From: a virus
Lineage: Duplodnaviria > Caudoviricetes
Reading direction: 5' to 3' (one strand)
DNA: 64,000 bases
Virus record (IMG/VR): IMGVR_UViG_3300024999_000096
Coordinates: 2,162 to 66,161 of that record
How positions within the stretch are numbered: position 1 is the stretch's first letter; each line of letters begins with the position of its first letter. The notes below the pieces were generated by a model. That model made no database searches. It saw nothing but the letters and a program-made list of their open reading frames with translations, and had not been told where the DNA came from. Below are positions 24,759-37,342 of the stretch, piece after piece. The position numbers and the translations under genes were made by a program.

Positions 24759-25559
24759 TTGATTATAGTTAACACAGGAATTTACAAAATAGAAAATATT
24801 GCGAATGGTAAGGTTTATATAGGACAAAGTATTAATTTATACACAAGATTGTTAGGACATAAAAGTACATTAAAAACCAATAAACATTTCAACAGATATT
24901 TACAAAGATCATGGAACAAGTATGGAGAAGACAATTTTACTTTTAATATCTTAGAGAAGTGTGACACAGATGATCTTAATGATAGAGAACAATACTGGAT
25001 AGAAAAATACAATAGCTGTGATAGGTTAAAAGGATACAATATCGATCATGGTGGAAATAGAGATTATATGTCTGATGAGCATAAACTCAATATGAGTATT
25101 GCTAAAAATGGAGTACATAATAAAACTCCATCTGTTTATATTACATATTCAGAAATACTTGAAATTTTAAAGCGTTCAAGTAAAAATAAAAAGATTTTAT
25201 TATTTACAATGTTTATTTATAGTAAAAGATATTCTGATAAAAACGGTGTATTTTATATGTCATACAAACATATGGCCGAAACTACTGGTATAAAAGAAAG
25301 AAAAACTTTTACAAATATAGTAAACAAATTTGAAAGACTTGGACTAATAAAAAGAGTAACAAAGGATTCAAATATAACTAATAGTTACAAAATTATATTT
25401 GATGCTACATATAATAATGATAAAAAGTTTCTTGTTGAAGAAGGTGATAATTGTAGAGAATCATTTCATAAATGTTTATTGGAATGGTTTACGCCTAAAG
25501 AAATTAAAATATCATGTGGAAAAAGACATTATTATGAAATAATTAAAAGCGTTACATAA
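24759..25559 (+). CDS. GIY-YIG endonuclease with C-terminal HTH-like domain
   Basis: GIYKIENIANGKVYIGQS...R...H...LQRSWNKYG...REQYWI...GYN. Confidence 0.9.
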   Translation: MIIVNTGIYKIENIANGKVYIGQSINLYTRLLGHKSTLKTNKHFNRYLQRSWNKYGEDNFTFNILEKCDTDDLNDREQYWIEKYNSCDRLKGYNIDHGGNRDYMSDEHKLNMSIAKNGVHNKTPSVYITYSEILEILKRSSKNKKILLFTMFIYSKRYSDKNGVFYMSYKHMAETTGIKERKTFTNIVNKFERLGLIKRVTKDSNITNSYKIIFDATYNNDKKFLVEEGDNCRESFHKCLLEWFTPKEIKISCGKRHYYEIIKSVT

Positions 25560-25577
25560 TTTCGGGAAAACCAAAAT

Positions 25578-27235
25578 TTGGGAATTCCCTATAATAAGGA
25601 GATGATAAATAAAATGACTAATCCAGAAACAAAAGAATACAATAAATTATCTATCACTCAAAAAGAAGAATTACAATCATGGATCAAAGGAAGATTCACA
25701 CATCGCAAAACTATAAACACCAATCATACATCATATGGGTATAAACACGTTTTTGAAAATGATCGGCATGGATTTTATATTTCCAATGAACAATTCAAAG
25801 GTGCTATGTTAGAGGCAGGATATTATCCAAGAGATAAATCATCTAAAAATTGGAGTTTTTATGTTAAGTTTTTCGCCTTAGCAAATGATGATTATTGTTA
25901 ATACTGAGGAGCAATTAGAAGCATTAAAAAAAGGAGGAAATATTAAATGACAGACATAAACAAAATTTATAAATCCAAAGGTTATCAAAACCGTAAAGAA
26001 TTTATTGAAAGTTTAGTTGAAGATGTTGATGTTCCTTTGAAAAAAGCATTGGATATTTTAGATAATAAATATTTTGATGAATTAGTTTTGTTATTGAGTC
26101 ATGAGATTGATGTTAAAGGAGGTGAGTAAATAATTGAGTTACATTTATAATGAAAAAGAAATAAAATCAAAAGAAGACGCAATTATTGTATTAGAAGAAA
26201 TTAGAGCATATCAAAGTCTCGAAGGACTTCCTTTTGATTTTGGTAATGGATTAATTAAAAACGATTTATCTTATGGCACAGAGCATGTATATTGGAAAAT
26301 GGATGCTCAAGTTTTAGAAGATATGATTGAAGATTGGGAAGAAGATATTGAACGGGTTAACTGGTTGAAATCTCAATCAAAAAATAAATATAAAAAGAAA
26401 AGACTAAACAGGCATTATAGAAAAGTAATTGATAAGAAAAAGTTAATTAAATTATCTAAAACCTCATGGTGGATAGTATATTATAACGAGAAAGAAAACA
26501 GATATATTCGATGTTATTATAATGGTAGAAAAAGTTATGCAAAATGGTGTTCTAAGAGAGCAGTAAGGAATAGCAATGATTTTTCGTTAATAGGAGCTGG
26601 ATATAGGAAATGTTTTAATTATTGGTATACTGTGTTTTAAGATAATTACCCTAGAAAATGTATGTTTTAAGGGAGTGAAAAGATGGAAGAGACAGAGGAA
26701 ATATTTACTTGCGGAGAATGTGGAAAGCAATTTAAAGTTTATATAGTGTTTTGCGAACATGAATTAACATGCAATGGGATACAAGAAGATAAAATAAAAG
26801 GAGAGTAAAAATATGAATATGCCAAACCTAGTCAGACATGGTTTATATCGAAGTTTTGAATCTGGTTTTAATAGCGAGGCTATTAATATGTTATACAATA
26901 TTCCAACCAAGAAAAATCCAGAAGAAATTTCAGAAATGGTAAGAGAAACTTGGACTTATATTAAAGAAGAAAATAAAAATAATCATGTTGTGAGTCATTT
27001 CTTTTATATGCTTGGATGTGCTGTCGATAGGTCATGGGTGAAAGATATATCATTTGATATTGTTCAGTATGGATTAAATTATAAAGATGATGAAGTTATA
27101 GATTTAACTATCCAATTAATTGAATCATGGAATGATAAAGATATGCTTGATTTGTTGTACAATACTGAAATTAAAGCAGAGTGGCTTCAGGAATATAAAA
27201 TTGCAGTATTGAAACAGTTTGATTATTTTATGTAA
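25578..27235 (+). CDS. Hypothetical ORFs (4-5)
   Basis: ORF track. Confidence 0.55.
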
Positions 27236-27285
27236 ACCCATCAAAGTCTAGTTTTAATCTAAATATAAATAGAGGAGAAATTAAT

Positions 27286-27669
27286 GTGACAGAAATAAAA
27301 TTTAGGACTTATTTTGAAAATAAATTCTGGTATTTTACCTTAAACGAAATTATGGAAAGAGTAGCTACGTATCATGGAGATTGGGATATTCAAGCTTTAA
27401 GAGCAGAAAAACAGCAATTTTCAGGATTAAAAGATCAAAGTAATAATAAAAACGAAGTATATGAAGGAGATATTATTGAGGAAATTGGATGGGAGGGTGA
27501 CTATTATCTTGTTGAATTTATAGATTGTGCTTTTTATGCAAAATCATTAAAGAAACATGTTCCAGCAGGTTTGCGTACTAGGCATGTTAAATTAGATGAA
27601 TTGATGGATATTCAAGTTGTTGGTAATAAGTTTGACAATCCAGATTTACTAAAGAAAGGAGAGAATTAA
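27286..27669 (+). CDS. yopX: YopX family protein
   Basis: EIKFR...QFSGLKD...EVYEGDII...VVGNKFDNPDLL. Confidence 0.85.
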   Translation: MTEIKFRTYFENKFWYFTLNEIMERVATYHGDWDIQALRAEKQQFSGLKDQSNNKNEVYEGDIIEEIGWEGDYYLVEFIDCAFYAKSLKKHVPAGLRTRHVKLDELMDIQVVGNKFDNPDLLKKGEN

Positions 27670-28521
27670 AATGAGTGAGGTAGTATATTACAAAGGAAAA
27701 TTAATACCAGTTGATTTCTTAATTAATGAAACTTTAGAGGAAAGATGTAAAAGAATAATTGCAGATGTAGATTTAGAAGATTATGAATCATATCAAGAAA
27801 TGTTAATGGATGATTATAATTATTACGAAGATTATGTCATACATAATGACATTTTATATTCTGTAAAAAAGGATAGATTAGATCCTGAGCAAAGTATGTT
27901 TATGGCAAAGACAGATTATGATACTGGCATAGTTGATTTTGAAGTTAGATATTATAATGGTGGGACTAGTTTTGATGAAGCTATTGATTATGCATTTAGG
28001 AATGAGAAGTAGGAAGGAAGGGATAAATAAGTGGCATATCAAGATTATTCTAACGAAACAGAACAATATCAAGACATGATAGATTATTTTCATAATATCA
28101 AAGTTGGAGATAAAATTAAGTTTATTCTTGAGAAACAAAAATATACGGTAAAAGCAAAGTCGGATAGATATTTAATATGCACTAAACCATTCAATTTAAA
28201 AAAGACAGTATTGTATACAATAATTGATATACAAAGACTGGTAAGAGGTACAAACAATATGATATTTAACCCTTATGATTATAGTGTTCAAGAGGATATT
28301 GATAAGTGTTTAGTAGATTTAGATTATCATAATAATGGTGTTGAAGTTACTCATAGAAATTGTATTAAGTTAGATATTCAAGTCCCATGAATTCCATATT
28401 TTAACTGATAATTTAGTTTCAAGAATCAAGCTATAGGCGGTTTGTACGCTTGTGAAATTATAGAAATGAGGCAATTATTATAGAATTGATTAAATATACA
28501 AATATAAACTAAATAATAAAA

Positions 28522-29388
28522 TTGAGAGAAGGAATAATTATTAATGTATTAAGTTTGTTTGACGGTATCTCTTGTGGAAGAGTAGCACTAGAAAGAGCAG
28601 GGATTAAGGTAGATACATACTACGCAAGTGAAGTAGATAAATATGCAATTCAAATAGCACAGAAAAATTATCCAAATACAATACAAATAGGAGATGTAAC
28701 TAAGGTTTCTGGTTTAGAAGGTATAGATTTGTTAATTGGTGGTAGTCCATGTCAAGGGTTTAGTCTGGCAGGAAAGAAACTAAATTTTGAAGATCATAGA
28801 AGTAAATTGTTTTTTGAGTATGTAAGAATTTTAAAAGAATTAAAACCTAAGTATTTTTTGTTAGAGAATGTGCAGATGAAAAAAGAGTGGGTTGATATTA
28901 TTACTGAACATATAAAGGTAGAACCAATTTGTATTGATAGTTCCCTAGTGTCTGCACATCAAAGAAAAAGACTGTATTGGACTAATATTTCCAATGTAAG
29001 ACAACCTACAAATAAAAATATTACTCTAAATGATATTTTCGATTACCATGAACAGACAAAATGGGAACAAGGATTTGATTTTAAGTATTTATTTAAAGAT
29101 ATTAATGGTTATGTTAAAATAAATAGAAAAGGTAGTATGAAAACAAATCAAACAAAAGCTAGTTGTCTCACAGGTGGGCATCGCGGAGATGGAAATCATA
29201 GTGATATGGATTTAATTTATTATAATGATGGGGCAATAAGAAGATATTCCACAATTGAATGCGAAAGATTACAAACCTTACCTGACAATTATACATATGG
29301 AATAAGTAATACTCAGAGATATAAATCATTGGCTAATGGGTGGACGGTTGATGTAATAGCTCACATTTTAAGTTTTATTCGTTCATAA
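28522..29388 (+). CDS. DNA (cytosine-5) methyltransferase
   Basis: LSLFDGI, GGSPCQGFS, LLENV, QRKRLYW, ERLQTLP and LANGWT motifs. Confidence 0.95.
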   Translation: MREGIIINVLSLFDGISCGRVALERAGIKVDTYYASEVDKYAIQIAQKNYPNTIQIGDVTKVSGLEGIDLLIGGSPCQGFSLAGKKLNFEDHRSKLFFEYVRILKELKPKYFLLENVQMKKEWVDIITEHIKVEPICIDSSLVSAHQRKRLYWTNISNVRQPTNKNITLNDIFDYHEQTKWEQGFDFKYLFKDINGYVKINRKGSMKTNQTKASCLTGGHRGDGNHSDMDLIYYNDGAIRRYSTIECERLQTLPDNYTYGISNTQRYKSLANGWTVDVIAHILSFIRS

Positions 29389-29406
29389 ATACAAAAATAA
29401 TTATTC

Positions 29407-29443
29407 AAACCATCTTGTAATATATTGCAGGATGGTTTATAAT
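29407..29443 (+). promoter_or_regulatory. Hairpin/terminator overlapping a sigma-A promoter
   Basis: AAACCATCTTGTAAT/ATTGCAGGATGGTTT inverted repeat; TTGTAA-17-TATAAT. Confidence 0.6.
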
Positions 29444-29733
29444 GTATATAGAAAGTAAATTAGAGGAGTGGGGAAAATATGAATAAATCACAATTACCAA
29501 CAGTGGCAAAAAAGATATTGAAAAAACTAAATGCAAGTGAAACCAAAGACATCCTGCTTAGTGTCAAAGGAGACAAATATGAGGTCTATGAATACAGTGA
29601 AGATGGCAAGCTTGAACATTCCACCTCTATGAATTTTGATTACAGCAGCACTCCTTTACCAACACAGCAAGAAATTGAAGAGCGTTTATACAATTTCTTT
29701 ATAAAAGTACGATGAACTTATATTTTCATAGGT

Positions 29734-29997
29734 ATGATAATAAATTTAAGAAAGAGAGTGATACATATGGAATTTGGAAAATGGATTAAAACTTCGGAGC
29801 AATTGCCACAAAAACCACCATGTCTTCAAACACACAAATATCTAGCAACCGTAGCTAATAATCAAGTTGTTTCTATGAATTATGTTACAACAAAAGTTAG
29901 AGGTAAAGAAGTCACAAGATGGGAATATCAAGGCAGAATATCTCCTTGGGAGATAATTGCATGGATGGTATATCCAGAGCCTTATAAGGAAGATTAA
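29734..29997 (+). CDS. DUF551-like phage protein
   Basis: WIKTSEQLP...IIAWMVYPEPY. Confidence 0.65.
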   Translation: MIINLRKRVIHMEFGKWIKTSEQLPQKPPCLQTHKYLATVANNQVVSMNYVTTKVRGKEVTRWEYQGRISPWEIIAWMVYPEPYKED

Positions 29998-30031
29998 AGT
30001 CTTTAAAATGATGTTTTGAAAGGAGTGAAAA

Positions 30032-33000
30032 ATGAAATTATATGAACTTATTCAAAAACTTGAAAAATTAGAGCAAGAAGGTAAAAGAGATTACGAAGTT
30101 AAAGTTGCTGTCTATAATGATGAATATGCCATAGATGAAAAAATTAATTATGATGACCACCATAAGATGGTATATCTTTAAAATTCAAAAACATGAAGAA
30201 TGATGTATTATGCGGAAGTATCACAATCATGGTAAATGAAAGGATGATAATTTATGAAAGTAGTATATTTTATAAACAAAGAACATGACGAAGAAAATGA
30301 AATAGAAGTATCTAACATTTATTTTTCTCACAAGAGAGGAATTGTTTTAATTGAATTTTTAGATGGAGAGAAAAAAGAAATGTATATCGAGAGAATTGTT
30401 TCAATAAAGGGTTAAAAGAATGGATTTAAGCTATTTGGAGGTATCACAATCTTATGGAAATATTAATAAACACAACTAAAGGTATCAATAAAGAATTTCT
30501 AAAACTAAATCCTAAAGATTGGCTAAAAATTATGAACACCAATCTAGATGTTGGAATAGTGATTTGCAGAAAAACTGATGAAGTTTTAAAATCTATGGTA
30601 TACAATGATACTGCTACAATTTATTTTGAATATGAAGATAAAACAATGTTCTATAGACATTATGATATCAATATATCTGATTTAAAGTATTATCTAGATA
30701 TACTTATAGAGCAAGATAATCTATGGTGTATGAATTACATCACATATCTTATGAATCGAAGTTTCAGAATCAATGATATTTTAATATTTGAGAATGAGAA
30801 GAAGGGAATAGTTCTTCCTCCAAAAGAAACATATAGGAATGGAGTTCATTATAGATTAATTAGGAAAGATGGTAGTTTTGGAGTAAAGGAATTGAGTTTA
30901 CATGGTGGACAACATCCAGAAGTAGAAAGGAGTGAATATTAATTTGCATTATATTGTTGTATATTATAAAGGTGCTGAATTAGTAAAGCAATTTTATTTT
31001 AATAATGATCTTGAAAAAGCCAAAAGTTTTGTTACAGAAAACAAAATTGCAGAAGCAGTTAAAGGAATCCGTATAGGAATATCTGTTAGTCATATTGATG
31101 AGAACTGTCCTTATGAAATCATGGAATAGAATCATACATTCATCGTATGCTAAATATTGGTTTGAAAATCAAAGCATTTAGAAGTATAATAAAGCAAAAG
31201 GAAGGTGTAAATATGGAAAATGAATCCATAATTAAATTAATATCAGTGATATGTCCTGAATGTAAAGAACTTCAGAAACAAGAAATTATAATTGAATCTG
31301 GAGAAGAATTACCTACCGATATTCATTGTGTGGATTGTAAAAAGAAATTTAGAATATTACCTAATTCTAGAATTTCTCTTGTTTTACCACCATATGGGTT
31401 GAGTAAGTAAAAATGCCCCCAACAAAGGAGGAATTGTTAGGATGGAAAAGATCAAAATATCTCAGACAAAACTCATTGATACATTAAGAAAAGCTAGTTG
31501 GAATGAAGAGGAAATTCTTGCAATAATTATAGCTGTAAGAGAGTGCAAAGATGACATTGAAGTAGTTTAATAATCCAAAGAAACAAAAGATTGAAAGGAA
31601 GTTGTTAATTAATGAAAGACGGACAAATATTTAAAACTAATAAAAATAAAGTATTTATGTTTACAAAGACTCTATATGGTTATGATGATTATTACGCAAA
31701 TGATCCAGATGAATTTAATAGACTATTAAGTGCAGGACTTATCAAGAGATTTAAAGAGGGAGAATTATCAGATTATTTATATGATTATTTACCTGAAAGT
31801 CCAAAGTAAAAACATACGAAAGTAGAGTTTGAAAGGAGAGACAAACAATGCCAACAGATAGTTATATGGATGAATATTATGACAGTATTTATCATGCCAA
31901 GAACAAAAGAAAGAATGAAGTAAAAAGAAATTTAGTCGATAAGTTCTCAAAAATGTCACTTGAAGAAAAGATGAATTTTCTTGTAAACGAGTATATTAAG
32001 AAACAAGTATCTAATCAGGGTTGAAATAGATAGTTTATTGGAGGATAAAAATGAAATCATATACAATTTATAAATGTGAAATTTGTGGAACAGAAAGTAT
32101 TCATAAAAAAGACATAGAATATTGTGAGAGTAAAGGAAAACCAAAACAATTAGTAAAAGTTGGTGAAAGAATAAAATTTAAAGATTGTAAAGAGTCATCA
32201 ATAGCCAAAAAATATTTGGATGAATATATTCCTTATTATGACAGTAAAGAAATTTATGATTTTTATCGTAGGTGTTATATATCTGGAGAAATATTAAAAG
32301 AATATGAAGTTATAAAAATAGAAGATTTAGGACATCGTTTAATTTATTACTTAGGTGAAAACGGAGCATCAACTTGGATGTTCACACCTGATTTTTTAAA
32401 TTATCATACGTATCCAACTATAGATGACAATAACTTAATGCAAAAAATATTGGATTTATATAATTAATTTATTACATTAAAACAACCATTTCAAACCATA
32501 TAAATCTAATTACACACTAGAAAATGGAAGAATATTGTTGTATAATAGACCCAAGTGAGGTGAAATTCATGCAAAATATTATCAATGCGATTAAAGAATC
32601 AAATAATTCAGATGATGTCAAAAATATCTTAAAACCTTTATCAAAGAAGAATGTAATTCAAATTGCAAATGATTTGGATGTTAAAATTAGAGGGAACGAG
32701 AATAAAACTGAGGTGATTAGTAATATTATTTTAGAAATTATTAAAGGAGAGTGAATCAAATGTTTTCTGTTTTTGCAAAAGATTTTATCCATGGAACAGT
32801 AGTCCAACATAATATGACTATAGAAGAAGTTATTCAATTATTATTGGATTGGAATACTGGAAAAGATATTGTTATTAAGAATTTTATCATAAGAAATGTA
32901 AGTATTGAAACAATTAGCGTAAAGGAAACAGATGAGGATTGGAAAAATGTTTATTAATGTAAATTTTAAAACATTTATCTATGACAACAAAAAAGAAAAG

Positions 33001-33290
33001 CGAAAACATGAAATTGAAATGATTTCAGATGGATGGAGAATTGATAGTGAAGAAAAATTAAAAATTTGTTGGAGAAAGAGTGAAATAATTTTAGATAAAA
33101 AGGATGAGTAAAATTGAAAATAGATATCAAACAAGTAGGGCTGTGGTGGAAATGGAACGAGTATTGCAATAATTGTGGTAAGCAAATTAGAGATGATAGT
33201 TTTTCATCAAGTGCTGAACCTGACGAAGATAAGCCTGATTATTGCTTAGAGTGTGTGAGAAAAATGTTAGATGGTATTATTGATAAGTCT
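30032..33290 (+). CDS. Run of short hypothetical ORFs
   Basis: ORF track and RBS. Confidence 0.55.
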
Positions 33291-33391
33291 TAAGTATAAA
33301 TGCAAAAATAAAATTTATTAAAGTAGTTGACTTATGAATTAATGGTATGGTAGAATAGGGTAAGAATAAATTTTGAGAGGTGGAAGATAAA

Positions 33392-33616
33392 ATGGAAAAG
33401 AAAAAAGTTAGATTTACTATGGTGGTCACTAGGGAGTATGAGATTGATTTAGCCGATTATCAAAATATGGGTAGTGAAAAACATCCAATGCCTCCTTGTC
33501 AAACGATTGAAGAAGCATCTAACTTTGATTGTTAATGTATTGCGGAAGATCCATTTGCCTTTATTGATGATAAAAATACTGAATTAAAAGTTACTTTTGA
33601 GGTATTACCAGAGTAA
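33392..33616 (+). pseudogene. Small ORF interrupted by an in-frame TAA at 33533-33535
   Basis: Good promoter/RBS; coding-like frame continues to TAA 33614-33616. Confidence 0.5.
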
Positions 33617-34085
33617 AGAAAGATGGAATTTAATTCGTAAAATACAGGAGGTTAAAATTTGAAAACCTTTGAGGATAAAATCGAAGATTATTTTAATGAG
33701 TTTATTAATCACCCAAGTTCAGATAATTATTATTTCTTTCGAGGATATGTTTCAGCAATGTTTGTTTCGAGAAATATTTCAGAAGATCAATTTGATGAAT
33801 ACTTAGAAAAAGCAAGATTAGTTTACTATAAATGACGAATTTGAAAGGATATGAACTATTATGATTGAATGTCCCTTTTGCAATAGTTTATCAATTTGTA
33901 ATGCTGACGATGAGGATTATTTATTTTACTGTGAGGACTGCGAGGAATCATTTGGGAGATATTGTGAAGTAGCAAAATGTCCATTTAAATATGAAAACGA
34001 AAAATTATGTAATCATTTTAATAATGGAGTTTGTATAATTGAATAAAAATTAAGATTTATCGTATTTTAAGGAGGAAAATGAAAA

Positions 34086-34736
34086 ATGGATGACCGTACA
34101 ACTATTGGGCATGAAAGTTTCGCAATGCTAGGTATCACAAGGAGTTCATGTAATTTTGGTCAAAATCTATTTGGAAGTTCTGTTCAACATAATCACACAA
34201 TCAAACTCAAGATTGCTCCTGCTAAAATTGACAGACATTTAAATAGAGATTGGTTCCATGCTAATTCAAAACCTTATATTGAGGTTGAGATGTCATATTC
34301 ACAATTTGCAGAAGCAATTACTTCTATGAATATGGGTGATGGAGTACCTGTTACACTTAGGCGTTTAGATGGTAAAATGATTGAAGATTGCCCACAATTT
34401 GATAAACGACAGGAATTTGAGCAAGAATTTGAAAAGGAAATGCAAAAGATTGGAAAGTCACTTAAAGTTTTAACCGAACAGGCAGAATTACTATTAAGTG
34501 AGAAAAAACCACCGACTAAAGCAGACAAAGAAACTATTCTTAAGGGGATTAAGGCTCTTAGACAAGAAATTGAAAGTAATGTTCCTTTTATTCAAAGTAG
34601 CTTCAATGAGCAAATGGATAAAACTGTTCTCGAAGCAAAGGGAGAATTTGAAGGTTTCATGATGCATAAAGTAATTTCCACAGGATTAGAGGGATTACAG
34701 AAGGAATTTAAAATGCTTGGAGATAATGAAGAATAA
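34086..34736 (+). CDS. Phage hypothetical protein (216 aa)
   Basis: Strong RBS; coiled-coil-like C-terminus. Confidence 0.7.
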   Translation: MDDRTTIGHESFAMLGITRSSCNFGQNLFGSSVQHNHTIKLKIAPAKIDRHLNRDWFHANSKPYIEVEMSYSQFAEAITSMNMGDGVPVTLRRLDGKMIEDCPQFDKRQEFEQEFEKEMQKIGKSLKVLTEQAELLLSEKKPPTKADKETILKGIKALRQEIESNVPFIQSSFNEQMDKTVLEAKGEFEGFMMHKVISTGLEGLQKEFKMLGDNEE

Positions 34737-35139
34737 TCCGAGGAAATTATTCTTTTCTGGGAATTTAAAATTAGAAAGGATTTGATTAATTATGTATAAT
34801 AAACCAATTCCATTTATAAACTTCTTCAAAACCAAAAGAGTCATAGAACTTGCCGATTTAGTAACTACTGAAATTGAGGCAACCGAACAATATTATGTTC
34901 ACAAATGCAGATATACTAATGAGTATGGAGAATCATATTCAAATGGAGATATTATTAGTAAAACTGAATTTTACATGATTCTGCCTAGAGCAAAAAGACC
35001 AATTGTGTTAAGTGATACTTACATTGATTTAGGATTTAATTTGAATTAAGATATTTATAAATTCAAATATAATTATTGTATTTTGTCTAACAACATGATA
35101 CAATAATTATATTAAATCTCTAAGGAGGAATTACATAAA

Positions 35140-36018
35140 ATGATCAGACACATAGGATTTGCTTGCATGAGCAAAAAATGTAATACCAAATATCAAACAT
35201 TCAGACTAGCTTCATTTAGTGAATACCGATTAAAACAAGCAATTACTCACAATCTTAAGGAAACCGAACGTACAATTCAACATTGTATTTCAGAAGGAAT
35301 TAAATTATTTAGATTAAGTTCTGATCTTGTTCCTTTTGCTAGTCATGAAATTATGAAAGATATTGATTATATGTCTTGGATGCAATCAGATTTAAAAAGA
35401 ATTGGAGGTATAGCAAAAAATAATAATATGATATTATCAATGCATCCATCTCAAATGTGTGTATTATCAAGCAATAAAGATGAAGTTGTAAATAATTCTA
35501 TCAAGGATTTAATGTATCATTATGATATTCTCAATGCTATGGGCCTGAGTGAATTCAACATTATTATTCATGTTGGTGGAGTTTATGGTAATAAGCAGGA
35601 AGCAATGCAAAGGTTTGTTAATGTTTTTAAAAGTTTACCTGTGGATTTAAGGAATCATATCTTGCTAGAGAATGATGACAAAAGTTATACGATTAGTGAT
35701 ATAATGGAAATACACAAGGAAAATGGTGTGAGAGTTGTGCTAGATTTGCACCACATGTACTGTAATAATGATGGTACTGAATTAGATTTAGAAGCGATAT
35801 TTGCCACTTGTGGGGCTGGAAAAGTACCTAAGATTCATCTTAGTTCACCAAAGAGTGTTGAAGCGTTCAGAAGCCATTCTGAAATTATTGATTTTGATTA
35901 TTGTAAGGATTTCTTTGAGAAGTATAAGGGATTAGAATTTAATGTAATGATTGAGGCGAAGGATAAGGATTTAGCTGTAGAGAAGTTTATTGAGGATTAT
36001 AGGAGGGAAATTAGATGA
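35140..36018 (+). CDS. uvsE: UV DNA damage endonuclease
   Basis: IGFACM, LFRLSSDLVPFASH, SMHPSQ, IIIHVGG, LENDDK, LDLHH, PKIHLSSP and MIEAKDKD motifs. Confidence 0.95.
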   Translation: MIRHIGFACMSKKCNTKYQTFRLASFSEYRLKQAITHNLKETERTIQHCISEGIKLFRLSSDLVPFASHEIMKDIDYMSWMQSDLKRIGGIAKNNNMILSMHPSQMCVLSSNKDEVVNNSIKDLMYHYDILNAMGLSEFNIIIHVGGVYGNKQEAMQRFVNVFKSLPVDLRNHILLENDDKSYTISDIMEIHKENGVRVVLDLHHMYCNNDGTELDLEAIFATCGAGKVPKIHLSSPKSVEAFRSHSEIIDFDYCKDFFEKYKGLEFNVMIEAKDKDLAVEKFIEDYRREIR

Positions 36019-36968
36019 AAATGTATAAATACATCAATGAGCCACATGATGATATTCAAAAAGAGGTATTGTGGAAAACTGCTTCAATACTTGCCAGTTA
36101 TTTAAAACCTGAAGATGATACAAAATTAAGAGAAGAATTTAATGTTTATAGGGATACTCATGCTGAAAAAGATGAAGAATTTGAGCCTTGGTATGTGTGG
36201 GTTATGAATAGACTTGATGTAAGTGTTACGATTAAAAAGTAATCCCAGAAAAGTGTGGTTTTAAACCAAATAAGGAAAGGAGTGATTTTAGTGTCAATTA
36301 CCCTAATTAAAGTTGCGGAACATATTATATTTAGTGGAGTAAAAACAAGTGAAGAATTTAATGAAAAAAATTAAAGGCCAGTGGGAATACAGAAAAGGTA
36401 AAACCATTTCAGATATCAATTTAGCAGTACAAAAAGGATTAAAATTGGGTAGAGGTAAGACTGAAAGAGAAATTGATTGTATTGCTATGTATTTAGAAAC
36501 TGTTTTGAAGAAAGTAAAAGCTCCTACTAAAAAGGGAAAGATAAACATGACATTTTTAGTTAAGGTTGAAAACACAGATGATGAAACAATTGCAGGATTA
36601 TTAGAATACGGAACAGTAGATGATATATTAGTGGGTAATATTTGCATAATGACAGCAGATAAAGAATCTAAAGACAAAATTAAATTATGCTATGGAGTTT
36701 TAAGCGTAGAAGAGGATGAAGATTTTAAAGCTATGAATAAGTAAATTCATTTGTTTGAAAGGAGGATAATTAAAATGAAAATTGATTTAAAATTACAAAG
36801 CGACACATATAATACACATTGTGAAAATTTAGTTTTAAGTTTTGAAATTATTGAAGATAAAGATTATGTGTGGGTTCAGCTTGGAGATAGAGAAGTTGGA
36901 GTTAAAAAAGATGAATTTAAGAAACTGTTGTCTATTATCTAATATTAAAGAAAGGTGTGTTTATATTA

Positions 36969-37292
36969 ATGAATGTAGGAGATATTTACAATGCTGAGTG
37001 GAGTCAAGAAGTAGGTAAGAGTGAAGAATGTCTAGTGATGATTAATAATGTTCTTTCTAAGGAAATGGTTATTGTTGCTCCATTGATGAAATGTACTTCA
37101 AAAGAATATAGTGAAACAAGATTTGCAAATGGAATGCGGTTTGCCATCGAGAAAGGACAAGGAGGTATGACTGAAGATAGTATAATGTTAGTTGATCATT
37201 CTCGATGTGTTAATGTATCAGTTCTAAAGAATAAAATTGGTAGAGTAGATAAAGAATTGAGAGAATTTATATCTAAAAAATTACAGGGTTAA
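36969..37292 (+). CDS. Degenerate PemK/MazF-fold protein
   Basis: GDIY...VIVAPL...GGMTEDS...KIGRV; the catalytic RP motif is missing. Confidence 0.6.
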   Translation: MNVGDIYNAEWSQEVGKSEECLVMINNVLSKEMVIVAPLMKCTSKEYSETRFANGMRFAIEKGQGGMTEDSIMLVDHSRCVNVSVLKNKIGRVDKELREFISKKLQG

Positions 37293-37342
37293 CTTCCCGT
37301 CAATATCTAGTTTTAAAGTGTAAGAAAGAAAGGAAGAGTTTA

